This document shows positions 51,333 through 64,000 of a stretch of 64,000 bases of DNA, piece after piece (the first letter of the stretch is position 1; each line of letters begins with the position of its first letter). A model generated the notes under the pieces. That model made no database searches, was not told the DNA's origin, and saw only the letters and a list, made by a program, of their open reading frames with translations. Source of the DNA: Raillietiella orientalis. Taxonomy: Eukaryota. The translations under genes were made by a program, and so were the position numbers. The stretch covers positions 5,952,001-6,016,000 of the forward strand of contig JAYWIR010000001.1 of the NCBI GenBank assembly GCA_036172245.1. The letters run 5' to 3'.

Positions 51333-51480
51333 GTCGCAGGTCCTCAATACTGTACAGGTCACAGGTCTTCAAAACCGTATACGTCGCAGGTCTTCAAAAC
51401 CGTATACGTCGCAGGTCTTCAAAACCGTATACGTCGCAGGTCTTCAAAACCGTATACGTCGCAGGTCTTCAATGCCGTAT
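51333..51480 (+). repeat. Minisatellite, ~6 copies of 25-bp unit GTCGCAGGTCTTCAAAACCGTATAC
   Basis: Head-to-tail units starting 51333, 51358, 51383, 51408, 51433, 51458; central copies identical, flanking copies degenerate. Confidence 0.95.
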
Positions 51481-54400
51481 GTCATTCGGTCTCCGATCGA
51501 ATGACATACGGTTGTACACGAACGTGTTGGATAGTACATATTGTTAAATAAGAACCCTTCAATCAAGCGAAGCATTCAGATGACCTTGCCGGAGAGGCGG
51601 CGGCCCAGGAGAGCAAGTTCCGTTGCCGTTTGCCACGCAGGAGGAGCCCTGTAATTTGTCGAAAACCCGAATTCAGAGAGGACCTTCGCCGAGGACGTTT
51701 TGGCGATCCGACTCTCACCCGTGCCTCTGCGGTCTCCACGCACGCATGCACCTCCTTTCCCTCGCCATTCTGGATCTCTGCCGAACCGTTTCCACGGAAA
51801 CTCCTTCCCTGCACCCTTTCTGCGTCCGGCGAGGAGTTTTCTTAGCACCCATCTACTTGGCGACTCCGCATGGTCTCGAGTCATGACCAAGTAAAAAAAA
51901 ACTGGGACTCCACACTCCTCCAATGCCAGCGCATTTCAGCCCGGCTCCCAGGACCAGCCGCCTCTCGTTTTTTTGCCCGCCGTTCCTCGACAGGAGTCTT
52001 TCGCTCGAAGTCAGTCGCTCCACCCTCGTTCCTTCGGCCCCTTTCCATCCGCATGTCGGGGTTCCGAGGGCGCAGGGTGCGAGCCGCTTGTGCCTGGCAA
52101 GGACGGGTCGCCTCGAGAAAGGAATCGACCCTCGACATTACCCATCATGGGATGTACCGTGCCGGCGCTGTTTCGTTTCTGCAACAAATTCTGGTCCACG
52201 TAAACGGCTACGCACTCTCTGTTTATTTTCCCCACGCTCAGGGGTTGGTTTTCCCAGCTGAGGACCGATCCATCCTTGCTTAGCCTCGTTTGCATACGCT
52301 TCCGGACATCCAGCATGTGAATTTTCACTGTTCGGGGACCACTGTTCGCGGTTGCGGCAAAGATCCAGTGCAAGTTTATCCTTCCCCCAAAAGAGAGAGG
52401 CTGCAACCAAATAGGACGTCTACGCTCCAGACAACAGAAGATTACGTTCCCTGGATTTCTTCAGGGATTCCAGCTTTCGAGACTGATTCTCCCAGGGCTC
52501 ATTCCCGTTTAAAGCTCTTGACGAGGATAAGCAAGGAGAGCTTCAGGCCAAAGCTTTGTTTTCGGTGTTGGATCAAGGACCTCGAGTGCTTGTCGTTGCG
52601 TCGCACATCCTCGCACCTTCCGTTTCCTGCCTCTGAAGTTTGCAGATCTGCAGAAAGAGACTACTGAAATATTCATGTGAGGCTTCTGGTCAATTCGAAG
52701 CGGACCTCAGCGTCCAGCGCACGTTTCACATGTACTTGTGGTTTCTCGATGAGAACCGAGATCGGTCCTATCTGGTCACGGTGCAGATGCGGCAGATCTG
52801 CGCACGCACTGCTGCGTGGTTTGTCGAACCGACTCGGCGCACCCTCTTGCGTTTCATCTCGGAACTACCCGGTCCGCCATTTCCCGTGCTCCATCCCGCT
52901 GTCTCTTGTTTGCCTCATCACTTCGCTCCGGTGCCCATCTTGAGCCATGTCTGTGAAATCCAGATGGAAAAGTGGAACGCTCTGGGACAAGTAGGTGACA
53001 GGGATCCCCCGTTCGGCCTTCGGAACCCAATTTGACATCGCAACGTGGTGAAACACCTTAAAAACCACGCACCCTCCGCCAAGATTCGTAGGGACTTTTG
53101 CTTAACAAAGCTGCTGCACGAAAGGAACCACCCTTTGTTTTCTTTTGTTTTCCCTGGCCTAGAGGTGGGATTTCCTGGAATGGGGACGGACGCTGATCCA
53201 TGGGCGATTTTCCAGCGCCTTCTGGGCGACGGGAGTGAAAAGTTCGCGTTTGATTGAGCAAGAAACCCGCGTAACTCACCTTGCGAACAATCTGTCACCG
53301 AAGAACAAAGGAAGAAAAAAGGCGATCATGTCTTGTTTCTCGGTGGCTGAAGCTGGATTATAAAGGAACCGAGCAAAAAGCTTTCTGCTATGATCCGGAC
53401 CACTTTCGGTGGGAAAACGGAAAGCTTGGGTAAAGCCAATCGAAAGCGAGAAGCGTGTCGTCTGCAACCTGCAAACCAAAGGTAAAAAAAAAAAAAAAAA
53501 AAAAAACCATCGCTTCCGCAGTGTGGCTGGAATTTTCGCAAAAGACTGCCAAAGACTCCTGGAAAGCGCGCTCGATGCTCAAAGGATGCTGCGACCTTGA
53601 CCACGAACAGCAAGAATCATTAGAACTGCCCTCCTCCTCGAAGCCAAGAGGACCGGTTCAGTTTCGTGAGCGTCTTCTGGTTCGTCTCATTGTGATCTCG
53701 TGAGTGGTTAATAAGCTGAGGCCATCTCGTCTCATTTCCGGGGACGCTGTTAGGATCTGGCACAAAGAACCACGAAAACCTGCGACTCTTGTTGTGAAAG
53801 AACTACGAATTTCCGTTACTTTTTGTTTTTGGCAGTCCGAGACGGGAGAGAGTGCAGCTTCTTGTCAGCTCTTATGCTCAAGTGGAGGATTCTTCGCTTG
53901 CACGAATGGGGAAGAGTTACAGCGCGTCCCCCGTAATCGACGTGGGGGACTGTCAGCGTGGTTCTCCAGGGTTTTTTTTTTTTTTTGCGTCCATCAACCA
54001 GGCCTTTTTCAAGGCAAGCGTTTCCTTTCCTTTCCTTTTTTTGCAGTTGTAAACTTGATGGAACTCGAGAGCATCTCGATCCCGATCTGCAGTGCCTTCA
54101 TGATTTCGACTCTTTGATCATCGAAAACCAACGCCTGATTCTTCGCGGAAGCTTTCTTTCTCCCGTGAATCCGATTTTTCTTTTTTTTTTTTTTTTTTTT
54201 GGCTGAGGGTTTCTCTTTTGTTGTTTGAAGTAAAAGTCAACGCTCTGGCACGAACCGAACTGCAGGCTGCGAGGCACTGGCACCTCCAGCGGCGCCGCCA
54301 TTCAAACATCCAAATCGCTTGTGTGAACAGGCACGGTTCCCGGAAACCGTGGTGTCCTCGATTACTCGGGGGAAACGGAGGAATCCGCGGAAGGAGGGAA

Positions 54401-56132
54401 GCTTTCAATGAGGTAGGTAAACGTACTGGAGTGAGCGGAAAGCGGGAAGACTCGAGAATACAATAACTCTCTACACTTATTTACAAGCGATGTTTGAATG
54501 ACAGCAGCAGATAGTATAGTATAGTTCTCTATTCCCCGCAATGGGGATGACGTCGTCGAGGAAATTTTTTTGTGACTGAACAAAGGAAACGCATTTTCTT
54601 CCACCATTAGCGAATCAATCGGGGAGTCGCGTTTCATCTCGGCAACCGATACGGCCCTCAAGCATCTGCAAGTCCCGTGCGAAGATCAACTGGAAGATGG
54701 AAGCGTTAATAGCAGGAACAGTAAGGGCACATGCAACGAACAGGGAATGCAATTTGGATTTAGGGAGCAGGCGGAACCAGGAAACAGTAATCCACACACA
54801 CTCACATGCATCGATGTAAGTTGCGCCACCATGGGGGAGGGGGGGGGAATTTGGTGAAAAACATAAAAATTCCTTCCATCACTGTGCGACTGTTCTTTGC
54901 TTCTTCTTTTTTTTTTTTTCCTTTTCCCCGCATCACTTTCGAACTTGTTCGATTCGAGTTCCACTCGTTTTCCTGATCCTCACACACGTTTCGTTTTTCT
55001 TTTTTTCCCCTCTCTTCGCCGCGACAGGTGGACGGGGATCCCCTGTCAGGGGAGACGGGACGCCACTTTTCGAACCCCCGAAAGCATTCCGCATCCCTGC
55101 GATTCCCTCTCCTTGCACGCGGAGCTCCTCATTATTAGCCTTGCTTTTCCTTCTTTTTTTTTTTTTTTTTTAACTTCACGGCATGCTTGAAATGCAAAAA
55201 AGGAGTGCCTCCGAGCACCCACGCGGGCACCTTTCCCTTGGCCGAGGGTGCGAACGAATTTTCCTAAAATACGCCTGCACGCCCCTGGGGGATGCCTGGG
55301 TGGAGGTCGTCCTGCGAATCGGTGGCACCGCTCGGGGCAAAGGGAGCGCGCCCGGAGTCCTGGCTCGCAGAGTTCGATCGCGAGAGTCGGATGCTGCGAA
55401 GAAACAGCTGGCGAAACGCGGGCGGAAGAAGCTTCCAGCACGTATACGTGCTGCTGCTCGCTGGCAAAGATGCTTCCTTCTTCCTTCCCCCTCCCCCTCC
55501 TGCTGCAGTGGGTGTTGCAGGCGGGAAAGCCTCGCCGGGCCAGCCGCTGATCTCGCAGATGGACATCCTTTGTTTTCCTTCCGAGCGCGCGACTTGTTTG
55601 TCCGTATTTGGGTCAATGACGGTCCTCCAGCCGTCCGCTTGGTCGGCGCGAATTCTCCGGGCAGATGCGTGAAAGGTGGCTGCGAAAGCATCTCGTTGGG
55701 TAAGCAGACGGCACTTCCCCTCCCCCCCCCTCCCTTAAACAACCCCCTCTCCCCCGCCAAACAAACACACACACACACAAAAAAAAAAAAACCCACGCGG
55801 ATGATTGACGATTCCGTGCTACGTAACGTGCACAACATTCTCAGTGTGTTTCCCCTTCTGCAGCGCCGATTGCAGTGGACACAAATTGTGCACGACACGT
55901 GGTTTAAAGACATTTTTGTGTGAGTGATCAGTTGTTCGTGCCACTCGTTGTTGGTGCATTGGCTCCTCCACAATAAGATGGCAGTTTTGTGTTGCTTTGC
56001 CATTTTGGCACTGTGTTTATAGTACTTACGTACCTTGTTCAAACTGCATAAGGGTTATTTTGTTGCTTTGTTTAACCAAGTTTGAGATAACTGCAGTTTT
56101 CCTTCTCATTGGCTTAATTCTGATTGCAGATA

Positions 56133-57415
<1,283 letters not shown>

Positions 57416-57420
57416 TGTGA

Positions 57421-57667
57421 TCAGAGTGATTTATTGGGTAATAAGACTGTTAAGGATAGTGGGAGCGAAGTCTCTTTATTCTCAGCCTGTTGATATTTTC
57501 GAACTGCTTCTAGCGCATCTCCTGTGAACACAGCAATAGCATTATATGCGATACATTCAAACCTTACTTTGGTCCTGGGGAAGAAGCAAACCAGATTTGT
57601 TCAATCCACTGGGGGGAGGTGACACATCTAGACTAGAGCTTTCATCTGAACTGCAGCAGGAAGCTGA
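57421..57667 (-). CDS. SRF: Predicted alternative 3' exons of SRF (long isoform, ~311 aa): SASCCSSDESSSLDVSPPPSGLNKSGLLLPQDQ-R-DALEAVRKYQQAENKETSLPLSLTVLLPNKSL*
   Basis: Internal phase-0 donor DDQK|gtaagg at 59441; acceptor ttttctctctag before 57667; exon 57667-57568; typical 46-nt gtaagg...cacag intron 57567-57522; exon 57521-57421. Frame stays open across both junctions. Confidence 0.7.
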
Positions 57668-58746
57668 CTAGAGAGAAAAAGGGGTCATCTTATAAGGGTG
57701 TGCAAGACAATCAACTGCAACTGCTTGCAAATATTTCCAGCTTTTGAGATCTTGAGATCGAGAAAATCAAGTTCTCTGATTCAAGAAAGAGCACAGATAC
57801 ATTTTTATTTTCCTAAGAATAGATTTAAGATGTTCAGTGTTAAGACTCTGTAGAGTGAGCAAAGATGAATGTTGGCTGCTGCTAATTTGCTGAAAAGAAA
57901 AAAGAAAAAAAAAAAATTGCACTTCTGAAGAGTTCCACCACTTTATTTTTCTCTTACCTGGCGATTCTTTTTTCTTTCTTTTTTTACGTGCAATAATATC
58001 TTGTAAGTAATCGTTTCGGGAAACGCATTACAGATACATGCTGCATCCGTACACTACTCAACTACCTCGTGGTGCAGAATTTGGCCCATTTATTTATTAT
58101 TACCATGAGAGTGAGTGAGCAGATGTCTCTGCTAACGATTTATACAAACTCGCTCATCATTTTTATGGATTTATTTACGTTATGTACGTTGCGTACAGCA
58201 GCGTTCAACAGCGGAAAACAAGGCAAGCATTACAGCCAGGATTTCTATTTGGGAACCATCAAAAAGGGTTCTTCCAGTTACGCGGGTACAGAAAGGTGAA
58301 ACAAAATGGTAAAATGGAGGCAAAAAAAAAAAAAAAAAAACGAGTGCAACAGGAAAAGCATTTTGAACGTTTCCTAATAATCTGAAAACCAGGAATCGAG
58401 ATGAAATACCTCGGGGCATGATGACTCAAACTCACGACAGTGCGACATTCGAAATGTGAAGCACACGCGTTTTCATTTTTCATAAATTCATAACCATAAA
58501 ATGTTTTTTCTGAAATGCAAATCACACACGCGGGCAATTCACTTGGTAACAATACAATTTCTGGGCAAAATATGGCTATGAATTATCAGTTGCTAATGTG
58601 CTTATGAGAAACAAAACCACCTGGTGAGGAAAAAAAAAATTGCAAAGTCGTGCAAGCTTGAAATTGGGTAAAGGCCAAATAATCCAAAGGAAAATTCGTA
58701 CTTACATCCGAAATGGAAATCACAATATCGGTATACATACATATAC

Positions 58747-58778
<32 letters not shown>

Positions 58779-59315
58779 ATACATACACATACACATCAAA
58801 ATGCATAATAAAAACATAAATAAAACTCAATTCAATATGTTATTGCACTAAAAATATTTTTTATTTTATAATCACTTTAATAATTTTTTTAAAAAACACG
58901 CACATTCATATCAATTCTGCAGTGGGTGCAAAGAAACCAGCATATCATTAATCACAAATGCTAAACTTGCAGTCTTTTTAAGTGCACTACCATTAAATAC
59001 ATTTAAAATGGATTTCTTCTTATTGCACTTTACAATTATTAATAAGATGAAAAAAAGTTGGAATACTTTGGTGCATGTTTAGCAATTAATAAAATTATGC
59101 TAATATGTTAACTGACTTAGTAAACTGTTAAGATACATATACATACATATAAAGCATTAGACTTCATATGAGTCAATAATAAATAAAAAGCCAACCTGAG
59201 ATTTGGAACACCGGGAAATTACATACAAAAAGTATTAAAAAGACTAGTGAGTAGTAATAAATGACAGAAGAAAACATATCACAGTTGTTAATGAAATTAA
59301 AAAGGGATGTTCATG

Positions 59316-60299
59316 CTACTGGGATAGAGAGAGGTGAGAAGTTGAAGCTGAATTATGAGAAATTTGTTGGTGCAACGAATGTTGACTAAAAGAATTCACT
59401 TGGTGAGGGGCATGCACACCATATTGCATGATCTCCCTTACTTTTTGATCATCATCATGTACATTGTAAGTGAGTTCAGTTTCTTCAAAACCTGTTGGAG
59501 TCATTCTTTGGTCGCCTCTTGAATCAGGTATAGGATCAGGAGAATTCAAACATGTCTGAATCAGAGCTTTTCCTGCTTCAGAAGTAATCATGGGCTGTAA
59601 CTTCCTTGTTGCAAATGTGTAAACGTGACCAGTTTCACTTGCTACTAATAACATCACTTGAGTACCAGTTAAAGTGGATAGTTCATAGGCCTTAAAAAAT
59701 GGCAAACAATGAAAAAACTTTGTGAAAAATCTCAAGGTTTGAAAAAAAATGTTTGTTTGTTTTTTTTCAAAAGAAAAAAAGAAAAAAGAAATACTTCAAC
59801 TTTGCATACGTACTTTTTTCATTATTCCAGTTTTGCGTTTTGAAAAGGTGGTATACCTTCTAAGTTTGTTGTCAATGAATTCCATTTTTATTTTAACCCG
59901 ACCTTTCGTTTTTTTTCCTGCAAGCGGAGTTAAATTTCTGGAAGAACTTATTATCTCAGAATTGTGCACGCTTCCTGCCGAGGGATCGTTCACATTTGAA
60001 CACGCTGAATTTACATTCATAGGAATTATGTTTTGCATTACATAATGATTATGGACATTAGAAACTACACTCCCTAAATCCGATTCGTCATCATCTGATG
60101 ATAAAATCAAATTTCCATCCTTGTCCAGCCCTGCTTGATGAGATGTACGTTTCACGCCATGGGCAGCAAAATGTGACGAATTCATGACATCGTGGTTATG
60201 AAAATTCGGTGGATTAAGAGAATGTCCATACAGGTCAGATCCACTGAAACTCACATCACTATAGTTATAACTATACTGGCTGGATGACGGGTTTTGCAT
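59316..60299 (-). CDS. SRF: Serum response factor (MADS-box, blistered homolog), short isoform, ~286 aa
   Basis: Exon 60299-59814, 123-nt GT-AG intron, exon 59690-59316. KKTKGRVKIKMEFIDNKLRRYTTFSKRKTGIMKK|AYELSTLTGTQVMLLVASETGHVYTFATRKLQPMITSEAGKALIQTCLNSPD is the canonical SRF MADS+SAM core. Confidence 0.97.
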
Positions 60300-63200
60300 T
60301 ATGCACTGCAGTCTATGAATTCATTTCCCAAGTACTAAAACGTGCATTCTGTGATCTTCAAGACTGGAGAGATCACTCGTTAGAAACTTGGTAACTCTAG
60401 CACGCATACACATATAGAATAGGTTTCGTGCTGATTACAACGATTCCATTATACATTCATGTACACACTGGCAAACCTGCACATCACCAAACGCCACAAC
60501 AGCACCAAAACCTAGCAATACCGCAACACGTGCGGCTTTGCTGCGGATTCACTTATAGTAAAGCAACTCCACTCAGCACGACAGAAATACCAACTCTTGT
60601 GCAACCAAGTCGAAAATGCAATAATCCTTCATAATGAGTTCGTTCTTGTTCGGGCATTCGGGAATCAGAGCTTTCCCTTCCATTCTGCCGAGACAAACCC
60701 CCCAACTGAACAAACGAAGGTTTCTGCCATCCCGACGCTGGCAGGAACTCTGTTACCCGATGGCTTTCCAATCGTTTCCAGTAAGTGAGTACTACATCGA
60801 CCATTTTCTAAAACTGCTTCCGATTGAAACATTGAATGTCCCGATCGTTCTAACAATCACTTTCATCTGTTGAAGGAAATGCATTTTAAATAACAATGGA
60901 GCTTTCTGAAAAGTTGGGGTAGTCAATAATGCAACCACAAAGTAGTCATTAATAAAGTAGGAAAGATTGGTCGAGAATGAGAGAGAGAGGCGAAAAATTG
61001 GCTACTTACTTAATTCTTTATTTCTCTTTTTCATGCAAGAATACCCATGATTTAGAAAAGGATTTGTATGAGGAAAAAAAAATAAAAAAATACTGATTTC
61101 GGCATCGAAAAGTCATCATTCTTTTCCGAAAGACAAGCATGCGACAATTGTAGTCAGCAGGTCTCGAAAGAATTGATGATTTCAGGCAGTGCATCGTTAA
61201 TGATGTGTGCATTCATTCATCTGGGGTGCCTTCCACTACAGCACGGAACTCTTAAAAAATGCTCCTTTTCTAATCATGCATTTTTGTAACCCCGAAACTG
61301 TATCCTAGCAGTTTCAGTGAACGAACGAAGGCTGCTCAGTAAATGGGAACATCTTTCCGTCAAGGCGTGCATTGGGATAAAGGACTGAAGTCGCCTTGCT
61401 GGTAAAAATCTCACGCAGCCCTCAGAAAAACATCAGTCCTTTCGCGGGGAGATAAAGTATGAAGATGTGCATGAGAAAAAACGAAAACAGCTCGGGACAT
61501 CAGCTTGAATCGAAAGAAGGAGACCTCTTCCGAACACTCTGTATCCACAATCCGACTGGGAAACGCTTAATATATATATCGATGAACAAATGCTGTAAGT
61601 CTTCTCTCTTTTTTTTTCATTTTCATTTTTTTGACATGCAAAAACCAGTTGTATCTAAATCAGCTCATCTTTATCAAGGACACAAACATCCATAACAGGA
61701 AAATATTGATACAATGGGAAGACTCCAGTCCATTTTTCTTCAGGTGAATGATAAACAAACCATTTCAACTCACGTTGTTTACGGACTGCACTTCGTTTAT
61801 TAATCATCATCGTTGCTCGTTTTCTCCTATACTTGTTGGCAAGTTATAGAATCTGGAAAGGAAATTCCCCCTTACCTCCCCCCCCCCTTTCGGTCCTCCC
61901 TCCCTTTTGCGACTCTCCCGAATAATTTATGTAAAATGCAAGTTGGCGTTTTCACGAGATATTTGATGCCAAATACAGCTGTATACGTATGTCCCGATCC
62001 CAAGTAAGGTCGAAGCAAATAACGTGAGCCATTTACAAATCAGCGGAAAGACTGCTTTTGTTTTTTTCTCGCCATTGCCACATCTTTTTTTCTATCAACA
62101 TAGTAGATGTTTCCCAGCCAGATTATGGACGCAGCGTGTTCAGAAGAGGTTCAATCTTTCTTTCGATTCAATCTGATCGAACTCCCTCTGTTTTCTCTTT
62201 TCTGATGCAAACGTTTTGTCTTTGTGATATCTGGATTTTGAGATCACTTTGAACGCACACGAAGGTCGCCGGGTTTCTCCCAAGTTTTTCGACGACAGCT
62301 TTCTTTTCCTAATGGTTCCTCAGGTAAACTGCATCTTTCGATTATTATTTTACTTTTTTTTTTTTTTTCAGCTTCCCCCTTGCACGGGAGGCCGCGGTTA
62401 TCCTCCACGGAAAATTTTCTTCCTGGCTTCACTCGAGGAGGGTTCGGATTATCCCGTTGCCTTCGGAAGGTACAGTGAGCGCGTGCAGTTCCCGGGTTCG
62501 ATTCCACGGGAGTCGTGGAAACGCGTGAATTCCAAAAAGTTCCTCTTCCGTCTGGAGCAGTCTCTTTCGGAGGATCCCACTTTGCCCGGGACGAACCTGC
62601 AGTCCCCTCTTGTCCCGCCAATCGCAGGTGTTTCCTCGGATGCACTTCTCCGGGAGGGCTCCGAAAGTTTGCCTCGCGGCGATTTCCTTCCGGGAACGCG
62701 GTGGTTCCGCACATCTCGTGGTGTTTGTACGTTTCCTGTCAGGGGCGCGGCAGGCTCCCTAACTGAAACCCCGAAGGGTGGTGACCTTCGTGGCACGAAA
62801 GGCCGAACCCCGGACAGACAACGCGTCACCTCCGTTTTTATTCCCGCGATGCGGCGGAATAACATAGGCCACAAAATCTCGGTCCTCTGGAAGCTCCCAT
62901 TCCCGTGTGTCTTTGACACCGAGGAAATCAGATCCGGGAGAGAGACTCCCCGTGGCAGCCACTCGCTCTGCACAATGTGAAAATAAGGGGAGTGGGTGGC
63001 GGCGGCAATCGAGGCGATTCCGCTCAGGAGCCAAGATGTGATGTGTAACCGAGCACCGACCCGAACTTCGCGCCGCACGAAAGGAGCACCCTGGGGGAGG
63101 GGCGGGGCATCTCTGGCTAACATCGCGCGAGCTCAGTACCGTACATCGCTGGTGCCACGGCAACCGCGGTGCTGTACACACGTTCCGTTGAATCGCAACG

Positions 63201-64000
63201 AACGTGCAACGCGCGGCGAGACATTCGCAAACGAACCGTGGAAAGTCCCGTCGGCCATCCCGAACTTTGGATCCGTGTTTGACGCAGATTCCGGGAGCTC
63301 CAATACGCGCAACTTTTTTTTTTTTTTAACCACTCAGGGGAAACGGCTGAGTTTCCCCATTCAAATCGAATCCTTCTTCTTCTTTTTTTAAATTTGGTTT
63401 GCGATGGAAAGCTTCAAAGTTTGCGTTTCGTTCTGCAACTTTGAAAAGAGTCGTTACGGAGAAGAAGTGCTTGGAATAACCACAGAGGTGCTAACAATAT
63501 TTTCCGTAGAAAAGTAAACGATTTTTTTTTTTTGCTTTTTCAAAGGAAAAAAAATTCTATTTTCGGTTCTTTGCGAGCCGCGAGAGCGACTGAATCATTT
63601 GGTATCGGCTGAATCGAGTTCCGATTCAAAAAACAAAAAAAAAAGGAGAGAGGGAGGGAGGGGCGGGGAAGTCCGTTTCTCCTGAAACGGAAGGAGCGTC
63701 CGGAGAGAGACGCTGCGGCAGTGGGCTCAACCTATCTATCTGATCAACGGGATGTTCGGATCCGCGCAGCACGCGCCGGGTGTTCGCAACCGACCGCTCG
63801 CACACCTCCCTCCGGAGGGTGTTTCCCGCCGGTTGCCAGGATGCCGCCCCAAGCCAACCGCGCGCGTCCTCCGGGAGAGCGGGCGAAAACACCCGGCAAT
63901 TCCGCAGCGTGCGGGTGCGCGCGGGTTCGCCATGGAAACGCGCTGCGCTCAGGACCCGTTCGACGTGTCGTGGATGCGGGGCAACCGGCGACGCCCTTGT

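Noticed and set aside
51333-51480. CRISPR array
   Set aside because: Units are head-to-tail with no unique spacers, no cas genes, and the context is eukaryotic.
52011-52406. C-type lectin-like W..QP...ECVAV segment
   Set aside because: Lacks the WND motif and the remaining cysteines; no consistent exon chain could be built across 51.5-55.9 kb on either strand.
62470-62530. tRNA gene or tRNA-derived SINE (B-box GGTTCGATTCC at 62495-62505)
   Set aside because: No convincing A-box or cloverleaf and no second copy in the window.
60300-64000. CArG-box autoregulation of SRF
   Set aside because: No perfect CC(A/T)6GG seen by eye; the true promoter position is not established.

Overview
Eukaryotic invertebrate genomic DNA, probably a non-dipteran arthropod (inferred), with very short (40-57 nt) spliceosomal introns. 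Four genes can be reconstructed by hand. (1) A TIS11/ZFP36-family tandem CCCH RNA-decay gene (+, main exon 1304-2140). (2) RAD51B (-), with seven compact AT-rich exons at 43847-42500 and two further exons 8 kb and 12 kb away (34439-34361, 30745-30657) inside a ~40 kb GC/CpG-rich gene-poor block facing ZFP36. (3) A glutaminyl-peptide cyclotransferase, QPCT (+, 56133-57415), with one GC-AG intron. (4) Serum response factor, SRF/blistered (-, 60299-59316), with a predicted alternative C-terminus whose stop codon lies 5 bp from the QPCT stop. The main observation is that the tail-to-tail ZFP36 / RAD51B pair with expanded 3' RAD51B introns mirrors the vertebrate RAD51B-ZFP36L1 locus, suggesting an ancient regulatory block. 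The 45.6-55.9 kb interval holds a decaying triplicated coding-like unit (one copy with an RFX X-box), a Tc1/mariner-pogo-like MITE and a 25-bp minisatellite ending in a hairpin. Most long ORFs in the supplied track are GC-composition artefacts. All homology calls are from visual motif recognition; no database searches were run.
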